Part shown: one piece after another, positions 50,875-64,000 of the stretch
Layout of the letters: each line of letters begins with the position of its first letter
Position numbering within the stretch: the first letter of the stretch is position 1
NCBI RefSeq assembly: GCF_006345805.1
Contig: NC_043003.1
Coordinates: 59,210,001-59,274,000, forward strand
DNA: 64,000 nucleotides
Direction: 5' to 3'
From: Octopus sinensis
Taxonomy: Eukaryota
Program-made: the position numbers and the translations under genes
The notes under the pieces: model-generated
The model's input: the letters and a program-made list of their open reading frames with translations, nothing else
Told to the model about the DNA's origin: nothing
The model's database searches: none

Positions 50875-51295
50875 GGAGTGGCTGTGTGGTAAGTATAGGT
50901 CAAGAGCCACTGTGTGGTAAATAGCTTGCTTACCAACCACATGGTTCCGGGTTCAGTCCCATTGCGTGGCACCTTGGGCAAGTGTCTTCTGCTATAGCCT
51001 CGGACCGACCAAAGCCTTGTGAGTGGATTTGGTAGACGGAAACTGAAAGAAACCCCTCGTATATATGTATATATATATGTGTGTGTATATGTTTGTGTGT
51101 CTGTGTTTGTCCCTCCAACATCGCTTGACAACCGATGCTGGTGTGTATACGTCCCCGTAACTTAGCGGTTCGGCAAAACACACCGATAGAATAAGTACTA
51201 GGCTTACAAAGAATAAGTCCTGGGACGATTTGCTCGACTAATGATGGTGCTCCAGCATGGCCACAGCCAAATGACTGAAACAAGTAAAAGAGTAG
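50875..51295 (+). mobile_element. SINE family B, near full length, with internal microsatellite
   Basis: ggagtggctgtgtggtaag...ggttcagtccc...gcaccttgggcaagtgtc...(TA/TG)n...gactgaaacaagtaaaagag. Confidence 0.9.
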
Positions 51296-51815
51296 CAATT
51301 TCGTCTTTTTAGGAGTTTCCAAGAACTGCATTATTACAAGCACCTTTTATTTAAAGGCGATACTATCAAAATTGTAGAAAATCTGGCCGTTATATCTAGT
51401 AGATAAGATAACTATATTGAATAATTTTAAGTAAAGCAGATTTAATAGGCTCCATTGCTTATTCCCTCCGCTCACAAATATAAATACAGACACAGACAGA
51501 CAGTCAGACAAAGAGAACGAATGTAAAAAGAATATTTGATGCAATGTAATCTATAATATAGATAGACATAATCGAATAAAATAGCATTTAATTCAACTGT
51601 GTGCTGCGTTAAACTCACTGTTAATAATATGAATATATCAAATTTTATAATGAAAACGAATATGAAAAAATAAGTACAGAAAATAAACATTTCTTTGGAA
51701 GAAAATAAATGATATTTAATATATGCATATACGCGCATGCATACGCGCAGCCGACTCTACATATACATAGATGTATAAATAGGATACTTATCTATCTGTC
51801 TGTCTGTCTATCTAT

Positions 51816-51909
<94 letters not shown>

Positions 51910-52046
51910 GTCTATCTATCTATCAATATATCTGTACACATATTTATATATATGGACACATGCACACGTACACTTAGACTCACACATACGCACAAACATA
52001 TATACATACGTATATATACGTATATATATATTGTGTATATATATAT

Positions 52047-52096
<50 letters not shown>

Positions 52097-54673
52097 TGTG
52101 TGTGTGTATAAATTAGAAAAAAACACCTTTTATCAATTCAACAATGAAAAATTTGATTATACCGTATAGAAAAAAATTACATCCTATAGAAAAAATTAAA
52201 TATAAGATAAAAACATATACCAATGATTAAGTAATGTACAAAATATTAAATAAAACGTATATATTTGGTAAAATAACTACACGTGTTATATATATATATA
52301 TGTATACATATGCGCACACATGTAGGTATACACATAGATACAAACGCGAGCCTATATAGATACACGCTATTAAATGATGTCTATACTTTCAAAATTTAAA
52401 TTTATATGTACAATTGAAATTGCGATTTATGTTGTGTGTGAAGATAGTTCAAATTAAGAGAAAAAGCATGTTTTGAATAATATTAATAACAATTAATAAC
52501 GTTCAAGAAAGTAGGGAATAGAGAAAGAAAATGCCTAAGGGATTCTACACAGTGTTTGAATCTTTCTCAGAAATGTTCTTATATGAAATCTCTAAATGTC
52601 TGCATCAAAAACTTTGTATAGAGTGAAATTCTTAGGTCAAATTACAGGAACATTGAAATTAACCTCCCATCACGATATATCTTGTTTAAGGCAATTTTAC
52701 GGCCTGAAGTTAACGAAAGATCTTCATATATAATAGATTTTCCACTTGTCTTATGCAAGTTATTATATCGCTATAACCAAGAAAAAATGGCGTTGAAATA
52801 CGCTGCAGACTGAAACTACTTTCCTACAGCACTGTTTGATGGCTGTTCGGTTCAAAGCGATACAGCAATTATCGTTGTTTCTCTGCTCTCTTAACGCTTC
52901 CTGTGCGCTGTCATTAGTTTTTCATAAGAAATCCTACTTTGTCCGATATCTGTCTCTGTTATTTTAATAGTGCACAGATCACAAGAGATGACGTCAAACT
53001 ACCGTTGAAACCGTATCAATTTACGTAGCAGAATCCAAAACACTACTTTCATCCAATTTTTTTCCCATTAACTTTTCTATCGAAATTTAATTTGGGGATT
53101 CATCTTCTGATGAGAAGTAATACACGGCTCTTACAGAAAAAGGGGGTAATTTACTTAAATACGATATTTGTTTTGGACCTCTCTTTCAATGCCACTAATG
53201 CAGTTGTGACCAAGGTGATGTTATGAAACATACGCTATACAAATGTGGATGTACAATCGGAAAACGTTTAGAGGCACTTAAAATAATGCAGAGTTATTAG
53301 TACTGAACACACAGCAGTACACCTTCCTTGCTCTTATATCTTCGTGTATAATTATGTTTTCCATACTCCATTGAAGAGGTTTTGTTAAAAGATTAATGTC
53401 TACTCTCATGTAATTTCAGATAACACCATGCTACTGTAAGAATATTTGTAAGAATATTTGTATTCACATGACCCTATCTCCAAGGCATACGAAACAAACG
53501 AAACAAATCACTGGTTCAAACATGGTAGCCGATCAAAAATATCTTCCTGAATCCGTGCTACATGGATATCTGCTATTGGAATGTCGATATGCTCTTCAAT
53601 ATCTAGCCTCGACAATTGTTAAAAGATTCCGTCGTGTGCATTCGGAGATTTCCAGAAATTCCATCCACATAAAGAGAGGGATATATACATAGATATACTA
53701 TATACTTGGTAAATTGGCGCTAGATAGTCGGCTGAGAGATAACAGTCCTTCAGACTTCTCAATACAATTTATTTAAGCCACAGAGTCACTCAGCCTGTTG
53801 TGCATAAACACAAAAGCTCCTTTAAAACACACCCTACGCTATTTATGTATTAAAACAGGAGAAATTAAATAATATAATTAAAGATGCTTCCCAAACATCA
53901 TAATGGTTAATATTGGATCGTTTTTATTCGCACGTGTATTCAGCCAGTGCTAATCTAGGGTTAACTTTAACTTTTATTTTGTACTTGTTTCGCTATTTGG
54001 ACTGCAGCCATGCAGGGCATCACCATTAAGGGTTTATTCGAACAAATCATCTCCAGCACTTATTTTCTTAAAATAAAGTTTGCTACTTATTCTATCGGTC
54101 TCTTTGAAAGAACTGCTAAGTTATGAGGTCGTAAAGAAATCAACACTGATTGTCGTGCGGTGGTGGTGATACAAACACACAACCACGCACACACACACAT
54201 ATATATATGCGTAAGTATGTGTGTGTGTGTGTGTGTGCGCACACTAAATTTAAAATTTATTATCCAAAGTAGACTTTGGGTATGTTTGTACCCAAAGTGC
54301 CTGCAGAGCACGTTCATCTCTAATGGCTACCTGGTGTCATCAACCGTAAATGCACATTCTTCGGTATACATTGAGTATATTCTGAATAACTGATATTTAG
54401 AACACACACACACACACACAAACATACACACACGCACATATACATATACATATATGCCTCGAACTTACGACCGTGAGGTTGAGATTTCGAATCCCGGACC
54501 AGGCTGCGTGTTGTGTTCTTGAGTAAGACGCTTTATTTCCCGTTGCCCCAGTTCACTCAGTTCACTGGGCCTCAGAGGGTAAGGTTCTTGGTGCAATCCC
54601 ATGGTCATTCGTGACCGAAGTGGGTGTCCGATATATATATATAGTATGCATGTATGTATGTATATATATATAG

Positions 54674-54733
<60 letters not shown>

Positions 54734-54744
54734 GTATGTAGATA

Positions 54745-54898
<154 letters not shown>

Positions 54899-54899
54899 T

Positions 54900-55205
54900 G
54901 TGGAGGCTCAATGGCCCAGTGGTTAGGGCAGCGGACTCACGGTCGGAGGATCGCGGTTTCGATTCCCAGACCGGGCGTTGTGTGTGTTTATTGAGCGAAA
55001 ACGCCTAAAGCTCCACTAGGCTCCGGCAGGAGGTGGTGGCGACGCTTGTTATACTCTTTCGCTCCAACTTTCTCTCACTCTTCCTGTTTCTTGGGTAACT
55101 TTGTGATGGACTGGTGTCCCGTCCAGCTGGGGGGAACACATACGCCTCAGAAGCCAGGAAACTGGACCCATGAGCCTGGTTAGGCTTGAAAAGGGTGCAT
55201 AAAAA
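54900..55205 (+). mobile_element. tRNA-derived SINE, full length
   Basis: A/B boxes, body shared with 32657, tail shared with 6901, A-rich end. Confidence 0.88.
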
Positions 55206-55653
55206 ATATATAAATGCTTGAGAAAAAGATTATAATTACTCTGAAAAATAGTTCAGATATATTTTGGTTATAAGGCTTGTAGTCTTAGTAATTTTATTGC
55301 CATTGTTGTTGTCGTTTAACATTGATGATGATGCGAACAGTAGCGATGACGGAGGTGATACTTGTGGCTGTGGTGGTGGTATTGGCTGGGATGGTGGGGG
55401 AAATGGGGAAATGGCTGTCGTCGTTGCCGTGACTGTAGCGCCGCTTATTGCAATAATCTTATTATGCTTTCTAATTCTGTTGATGCTATTAAACGTAATT
55501 ATGCATCTCAATTCTCAGAGAGTCTGAAAATACATTTCTCCAGAATTATTTTTCCCAAACTCTCTCCTTCTTTTCTCTTTCTCTTTCTTTCTTTCATTCT
55601 TTCTTTCTCTCATATATATATATATGTGTGTGTGTGTGTGTATGTATATATAT

Positions 55654-55688
<35 letters not shown>

Positions 55689-56591
55689 ATGTACATATAT
55701 ATGTGCATATATGTATATATGTGTGTATATGTATTTATACCTCAGTCTCTCGCTTTAAGAATTTGATTACGATAACTATAAACAACAAAAGTAAAAGAAT
55801 AAAAATGGGAATTTCTAAAGATAAATTGGATCTTATTTATATTAATTCAAGTAGTTAAAACAAATCAATATTCATTTGGTTATATCTGAAAGCAATCAAG
55901 TTCAGATGCTGTCCAGCCTGAGGCTATGGCTCAACTTTTCGCCGATCGATAATCTTCGGTAACATATCTGTCAATCAATTCGATTCTTCGAACATTTCTC
56001 TTCGTTGTGAATGATATGTTTATATGTGTAACGAAAGTAAAATAAGGAAATCTGTACGACGATTAAAAATATTCTGAAGTAGCAAATCGATTTTTGATTA
56101 TCGTGGGAGAAAAAAAGAAACCATGAGTAGTGATAACATCGAATCGCGATAACTAAACGAGGATATGATTAAATTGAAATCATATCAAGTTAAGTTATCA
56201 AATTGGGTTTGTATCAGGCTGAGATGATTTCGAATTAAGATAAAGTTACGTGAAAAAAAAAAAAATAAATGCAGGAAAATCTTCGATTCATACTATTATA
56301 GCGTCTGCAGTAAAAATGTTGGAATGTAAAGAAAACAAGTGATATCTGTAGTTCAGCAATATAAATTGTATGGTTTCTTTTTCTTGGGCATAAAATTGTA
56401 GTGTTTCAGCGAACCTGTTATGGTAAAATGAAGCATTACGCGTGAGACATAAAATTGAAATCTTGCAAACGCTTAGTTACACGCAGAAGGTTATTCGAAG
56501 GTTTCGTCCTTGTGTTATACGTCGGTAGTTTGTAAACAATGTACTTCACTTTATATAGAATTGGAAATGTACTCCTGTTATATACAACGGA

Positions 56592-56669
56592 TAATCCTTG
56601 CCTACAAATGATAGATGATATCCTTGCCTACGAATGATAGATGATATCCTTGCCTACAAATGATAGATG
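56592..56669. repeat. Three tandem copies of a 26-bp unit
   Basis: atatccttgcctac(a/g)aatgatagatg x3, no spacers. Confidence 0.9.
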
Positions 56670-56734
56670 ATATATATCTCTCTCTCTCACACACACACAT
56701 GCACATGCGCGCGCTCACATATTCTTTTGTTCTT

Positions 56735-56990
56735 TTACTTGTTCCAGTCATTTGACGGCAGCCATGCTGGAGTACTGCCTTAAAGGGAGTTTACTGGAAG
56801 AAATCGACTCCAGAACTTTGTGGGCCTAGTACTTCTTCTATCGATCTCTTTTTCCTAACTGCTATGTTACAGGGATGTCAACACACCAACATCAAGCGAT
56901 GGTTGGGCCAAACATATACGACGGGCTTCTTTCAGTTTCCGTCTACAAAATTCACTCACAAGGCTATAGTAAAATACACTTGCCCAACGT
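56735..56990 (-). mobile_element. SINE family B, degenerate
   Basis: cttttacttgttccagtcatttgacggcagccatgctggag...gggcttctttcagtttccgtctac. Confidence 0.75.
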
Positions 56991-57885
56991 AGCAGGCACA
57001 CCTGCACCTGTGTATACATACACACGTGCGCGCGCGAACACACATACACACACGCCACACACGCACGCACATATAATATGGGTGTACATCGAAAGAGAAA
57101 ACTGGAAAATATTTGGTAAAATATTATTTATTCCCCATATAAGGGTTACGTAACTATACATATAGAAAAAAATCATGTAAGACACCTATTAGTTTTTATT
57201 ATGCAAAAGTTGTTTGCCAGAATTTTACACTATTCTGCAATATATACATTTCTTTTATAAAATATAACATTTTCAAATATATTTTAGCGTACTGGGATAT
57301 GCATAGAGTGAGGGAGTCATCTGTGAGACGTTTAGGGGGTTGTAGGTGAATGTTTTCGATGACGTTAGCCACGATCATCCAAAAAGAACGAAGAACCTTA
57401 GTGTCCGGAGTTCACAGTTGAAATACTTGTTTAACGAGTATTTCGTTATTTCGTTTGCTACATATTAAGTTTCATTGCTATAGTTTACTTCCACATCATC
57501 AGATGTTTTTTGTCAAAGTAGGGAATATATTGAAAATTCTTAAATGGTCCTACAAGAATACATGCAAGCTAGAGATTGCTAGCAGCAGTCACGTGGGTGC
57601 TTTATCTACCTTTGCAACATCCTGTGTTCCACTGCGTGCTCGCCGTTGTAGAGATTTTGGCGTCTGTTGTTCCACATTCTCTATGGTGTGATATTTCAGA
57701 AAATCATCTGAACAAATAATTATCTATACACTTCCATATCACACACACACACACATAAACACACATGCATACATACATACATACATACATACATACATAC
57801 ATACATACATGCATGCATACATACATACATACATACATACATACATACATACATACATACATACATACATACATACATACATACA

Positions 57886-58250
57886 TGCTATACTATTGTG
57901 GAAATTAGCTGCCCAACGGATGATAACTTAAATCTGAGAATCAGTGAAAAAGAGAACACCTTGCCCGGTAATCTGCAGTTACTCTATCCAGATTACAATT
58001 TCAGGTTTATACCTGTAATTTTGGGGACCCTGGGATATGTAACACACTGCCTAAAAACAAATTTGAGAAATTAGGCTTCTCAAAACCAGAAAGAAGAAAG
58101 CTAACCCGAGACTACAGAGGCAATCCATCACTGGAACTGTGAAAACATGTAAAACTTTCCAGATGTGTATCATTTAAATATATATGAGCATGTCTATATA
58201 TGCAACTATATGCATGAGAATACATACATAAAACATACAAATCTGCACAT
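57886..58250 (+). mobile_element. RLE-type LINE 3' end (second family) embedded in (TACA)n
   Basis: IVEISCPTDDN...EKEN...LQLLYPDYNFRFIPVILGTLGYV...EKLGF...QSITGTVKTCKTF with frameshifts; (TACA)n at about 57765-57885 and 58250-58340. Confidence 0.8.
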
Positions 58251-59320
58251 ACATACATACATATACATACATACATACATACATACATACATACATACAT
58301 ACATACATACATACATACATACATGCATACATACATACACACACAGAAATACCCTGTTGTTGATCTTGAAATTTCAATGAAGGAGCCTTGGGTCTGGGTT
58401 AGAACCCGGTTCTTTCTCTATTGAAATAAACTGAATAATTACATATATACATATTTGCACATATACATAAATACATACATACATACAAAATACCCTCTTG
58501 TTGTTGTTGAAATTCCAATGAAAGAGCCGTGGATCTGGATTTGAAACCGGCCAGAAATTGGCAATAAATCTTGAAACAAAACAGAATAATGACATATATA
58601 TATATAATATATATATATATATATGGGGTCACGTATAAACATATGCCTTAGACTAATAATGTTGTTTACCACTAAACAGAACCGTCATATATTCACTTTT
58701 GATTTTTGGCATTGATATGGAATCCTGTCAATGCGTTCAGTGTATTAATAATAATGTTTCTAAAGGTACTTTTCAAAGCAATAATTTCATTTCAAGCGCA
58801 CAAATTCTTACTTTCTTAATACTAAACCATTAACTGCGTCATGCCGAACTTTTAACTGCATCATATAGCGATCATGAAATCTTTAAGAATTATAACCTTA
58901 TAGTTGCTCGCAAATTTAATCTGTCGGAAACAATTTAGTATCAACACATCATATATACTCTGGACAGAAAGATAATTCCCTTATAAAGACATTTGTCGTA
59001 GAGAAGTTGAGCCGTTAAATATTTACGATCGATTGAAATATCTATTAACAGTTGTATCGTATCAAGTGTCATCAGATAAAAGTAATTCCTCGTTGATTGA
59101 GAAATATCTATCTATTTATATGATACAATAGAAAACGATGTAATTTAAGATGTAGCCTGAAAGTATGTTATCTGATCAGTGTACCTAATAAAATTACTTT
59201 ATATAAAATAAGCTCTATAATAACAGTTTTAAAGGTTTCTGGTCTTCTGCACAAGGAATGGAAGTGAATAGAAGGGTCAAAGTAATGCCATAATCATTTT
59301 CACTTCAATATTACAGCCAC

Positions 59321-59343
59321 ACCATCATCGTCGTCATCATCAT

Positions 59344-59374
<31 letters not shown>

Positions 59375-59643
59375 GGCAACAACAACAACACCAGCAACAT
59401 CAACAGCAACAGCAACAGCAGCAGCAGTACAAATGCTACTAGCACCAACAGCGCCAGCGCTACAACCACCACCACCACCACCACCACCACTACCAATATC
59501 ATCATCATCATCATCCTCGTCTTCATCGTTTTCGTCGTCATCATCATCCTCATCAGCATCATCATCATCGTCGTCGTCGTCGTCGTTTTTGTTACTGCTA
59601 TTGCTCTCATCACTGCTACTTTTGTTGTTGCCGTTGTTGTTGT
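59321..59643. repeat. Compound GC-containing triplet repeats (CAT, CAG, CAA, CCA, CGT)
   Basis: Direct reading; open in several frames on both strands. Confidence 0.9.
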
Positions 59644-61257
59644 GAGTTAATTTAGATGAAAAAAAAACAACTCTTCTTAAATTAGTTGCCCGTATTTCAA
59701 AATGTTCGGACGGACAATTTATATCAAAACAATTTATATGTTTGCGTGATTGAGAGGAGTTAATGATTCGTTGAATTAGGTATTTCGATTCGCATAAGGG
59801 CAAAAGCTTTAGAAATATTTACAATGCTAATAAAGATACCAGAACACGCCTGATTTCCCGCCTCAATTATCATGCCTCTCTTCTCGCAATAAGCTACCTA
59901 TAGCACAACTCAAATAAGGTAGTCGAGCAAATACATTTTATAATATATTCAAGTGTGAAAGAGTAGCGAGTTTCTTGGTGAACACTGATTAAGTTGCACC
60001 TCTGAATAATGCATCATTTCTCTATGCCTCAGCTCATAGGAAATCAGGTTCGACTTTGATTTCTTCATCCTATCTGGGGCCTGTAAAATGAGTTGATTAA
60101 TTCGTCCGATGAAAGCTATACTGCAACAACTGGTCCTACCTCTTCTACTTATCACATTTACTGTGCCTATATATTATTGTGTCTCGGGATTGTCTTTCTG
60201 TTTTAATGCTTCACCGAGTTCGATTTCTACTCATTAATTATTTCAACCTCTTCAACAGTCGTTGACTCTGTCCGTTAACTTATTGAAGGGCTTGCAAGAA
60301 GCAACGAAAATTATAGAGAAAATAAATAAGTAAATGAGTGGAAATCGAACAGGCGAGTGTCTTCATCATTAAGGCATTAAAACAGAATGACTCTCTTCAG
60401 ACACAATAAAATATGCTTCAACAAACGAATTCATATTAAAGAATCTTTGCAAACCAATAATATATATATATAGATATACATACATATACATACATCATAC
60501 ATACATACATACATTTACTACATAACATATATATATATATAATATATATATATTATATATATATATAGATCGGGAGTACCCTAACTCAAACAGAAAAAAG
60601 GAAAGATCACTACCCGCAGGATAGACATTGCAACCTCCTCGCCCCCATAAGGAGTTACCAACAAAATTTTCTTCCCAACAATCTACTAAACAACTAAACA
60701 ATCTACTAAACAACCATGCACAACAAACTCGTACCACACGCAATAATTATCAACGACGGCCCCCTAAAATATCATATCCGAACATGGGATATCGGGACAC
60801 ACTTTTCAACACCGTACCAAGAACCCACACCATAAATCACAACAGGGCACCCCGCAAAACAAGGAATAATACATATAGCTACTGTCCCAACTACCGCAAT
60901 CACATTTTAGACCCAATTCTCCTCCTCCTCCTCCTCCTTCTTCTTCTTCTTCTTCTTCTTCTTCTTCTTCTTCTTCTTCTTCTTCTTCTTCTTCTTCTTC
61001 TTCTTTCTTCTTTTTCCCTACCAATAATTCACTACGACCTCGAACCCACAAGAGTAAACGAGAGAGACAGAGACAAGCAGAAACAAGGAAAATGCTCCTT
61101 GTATTTGAATACTATGCAAATATTCTTTTAAAAAGCTTTTCTTTTAATTTTTCCAAAAGTTAATCGTTTTCCATAGTTACAGTTGAAAAAGTCTCAATGT
61201 CTGAAACCGGTACTGAAATATTTTTTATAAAATTATTTCAGCATTTTCTACCTTGAT

Positions 61258-61312
<55 letters not shown>

Positions 61313-61318
61313 CACACA

Positions 61319-61358
<40 letters not shown>

Positions 61359-61363
61359 AACAC

Positions 61364-61396
<33 letters not shown>

Positions 61397-62029
61397 ACAC
61401 ATGATAGATCGTTAGCCACTATACACATTGTTTTCTCTCCTTGTTTCTCTCCTTGTTTTTTCTGTGTTCCCTTCTGTAGAAGAGCGTAAGTTACGGCGAA
61501 GTAAAAACACCAACACCGATTGTCAAGCGGTGATGGGGTGGCAAATACAGACACAAAGACACACACACACACACATACTCACACATCCACTTGCATGGCT
61601 CCCAAGTCTATAGTAGAATACACTTGACCAAGGTGCTACGCACTGGGACTGAACCCTAAACCATGTGTTTGGGAAGCAAGCTTCTTACCACACAGTCACG
61701 CCTCTTCTACGGATCTCAGTCATTCAACTGCAGCCAAGCTGGGATGCCACCTTGAAGGGTTTAAGAAAACGACCCAGGGACTGAATTCTTTTAAGGTCCG
61801 ATATTATTTTATCGATGTCTTGCTGAGCCGCTTAGGTACGGTAGATTAAACAAATTATTACGAAGTGACAATCAATGGGGTGAAACACAATCACAAACAC
61901 AAAGTGACCTATACACATATGTATGTGCGTACAGTCTACCGCGACCGTTTCCACTCACAAGGCATGGTTGATCCGGGGCTATGGTAGGAGACACTTGCCC
62001 AAGTTACCAAACTATGGGACTGGGTAATT

Positions 62030-62490
62030 TACTCTTTTACTCTTTTACTTGTCTCAGTCACTTGACTGTGGCCATGCTGGAGTACCGCCTTTAGTCGAGC
62101 AAATTGACACCAGGACTTATTCTTTGGAAGCCTAGTACTTATTCTATCGGTCTCTTTTGCCGAACTGCTAATTTACGGGGACGTAAACACACCAGCATCT
62201 GTTGTCAAGCAATGTTGGGGAAAAAACACAGCACACAACACTCACTCACACACACATACACACACACACCACACACAACAACACACACACACACACACCC
62301 CACACACACATATATATATATATATATATGTATATACGACAGGCTTCTTTCAGTTTTCCATCTACCAAATCCACTCACAAGGCTTTGGTCGGGCCCGAGG
62401 CTATAGTAAAGACACTTGCCAAGGTGCCATGCAGTGGGACTGAACACGGAACCATGTGGTTGGTAAGCAGCTACTTACCATACAGCCACT
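62030..62490 (-). mobile_element. SINE family B, near full length
   Basis: Reverse complement of 50875-51295; a further degenerate tandem copy pair lies at about 61487-62010. Confidence 0.9.
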
Positions 62491-62559
62491 GCTATATGTA
62501 TGTATATGTATGTATATATGTATGTTTATATTATGTATGTATGTTTATATGTATATATG

Positions 62560-62618
<59 letters not shown>

Positions 62619-63204
62619 TATAATATATATATATATATATGTATGTGTGTATATATGTATGTTCATGTGTGTGTAAGAGGAAGAAAAAGAGAGAGTGGGG
62701 GAACAGAGAGAATGATTCAGTCAGTGAAGGATGAGAGAGTGAATAATTGATTATGTGATTGAACGAGAGAAAATTAGAGATATGTGTATTTTGGAGCAGT
62801 AATTTTCGAGAAATGATTTTTCCAGACAGTCTGAAAACTGAAATGTATAATTACATTTAATAACATCAATAGTATTAGTAAATATAATAACATTAAAACT
62901 ATAATAATTACCACCACAAGCACCACTCCATTACCTTCACCAGCACAACCTATATCAACATTAATATCAAGAGAAACAACAAAATAATCAACTCATCACC
63001 AGCAAAGGCCATTGGCGCAGACACTTCCTCCAGACCAAACCATAAAAAACAAAAAATCAATTTCTTTCCTTTATTCTCACTTCAGAATTTAATTCAGAAT
63101 AATGCGATTCATTGATTTAGGACTTGACATATGATGCAAACTTTTGGAAAATGTAAAGTCACTTTAGATAATTAGAGATGGTAGAACAATTATACACGCA
63201 TGTG

Positions 63205-63236
<32 letters not shown>

Positions 63237-63544
63237 AATATGTTTGTATGTATCTATGTATATTTATATAGTTTACTTTTTCGTTAACATAAGATCAACT
63301 AAAAAATATTCCATCAGGTGAGAGATAAATATTGTTTTTTTTAACGTACACAGTATATAGTAATGAGCTACTAACAGTTTCATACTTTGAAGACATTATA
63401 TACGCAAGTTATAAAATACTCCATCTCCAGTTGATCCCTGGGCTCTGGGCACACGACCTATATAATTACAAATCAAGACAATAGAACACTTTTACTGCTT
63501 AATCTGACGTTAGCCTGATCGAGCAGGAAACTATTCTTGGGTTA

Positions 63545-63705
63545 GATCGACCCCCAGTACGCAACTGGTACTTAATTTATCGACCCCGAAAGGATGAAGG
63601 GCAAAGTTGACTTCGGCAGAATTTAAAGTTAGAACATGAAGACAGACGAAATACGGCTACGCATTTCGCCCGGCGTGCTAACGTTTCTGCCAGCACGCCG
63701 CCTTG
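63545..63705 (-). mobile_element. SINE family A
   Basis: gatcgacccccagtacgcaactggtacttaatttatcgac...ctgccagcacgccgcc. Confidence 0.85.
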
Positions 63706-64000
63706 TTGGTAAGAATATTGTATAAGCATTCATTAAAAAGTGTGTTTGAGCAGAGGACATTATGGAATACTTTTCGCCTATGTTTTATTTTTGATTTATT
63801 TATTTACTTTCTTAAGTGAAATTAGCAAGTAGCGAATAAATCGAACACATTATTGATATGAGGGATAAATATGATACATAACAGGAAATAATTCTTCTTT
63901 GCCAATCCTTTTTTGTTTTTGTATATATTATTACAGTGCAGCGAATGGAGCCAAACTCCCTACTGATATTCATTAAAACTGGGCGATATTAGAGTTCGTT

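Noticed and set aside
52989-52996. Palindromic CRE site TGACGTCA
   Set aside because: A single 8-mer is expected about once per window by chance; no supporting promoter evidence.
56592-56669. CRISPR-like array
   Set aside because: The repeats are contiguous with no spacers, and the context is eukaryotic.

Overview
AT-rich, microsatellite-saturated, transposon-dense eukaryotic DNA. It is most likely from an octopus-type cephalopod genome; this is an inference from the SINE families and repeat landscape, not a database match. I recognise no host protein-coding exon, rRNA, true tRNA or CRISPR array, and most ORF-track entries are translated microsatellites. Real coding signal is all mobile-element derived: (1) a 5'-truncated Tx1/L1-clade LINE (23098-27042) whose ORF2 is complete except for three 1-nt deletions in homopolymers, embedded in (TATC)n; (2) six R4/Dong-like restriction-endonuclease (RLE) LINE pieces, mostly chained through (TAA)n, plus a second RLE family in (TACA)n; (3) a Penelope-like GIY-YIG endonuclease ORF with an Asn-rich leader and no RT; (4) mariner, Tc1 and maT-like DNA transposon remnants; (5) a non-autonomous Helitron; (6) many tRNA-derived SINEs. 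The best signals the ORF track does not explain are five recognisable type I hammerhead ribozyme motifs plus degenerate ones, fold-back repeats whose inversion breakpoints fall in hammerhead helix II, apparent partitioning of microsatellite types among retroelement families, and an unexplained structured GC-rich 115-nt element at 44753-44867. All alignments and RNA folds were done by eye, so element boundaries are approximate (about +/-20 nt) unless termini are quoted.
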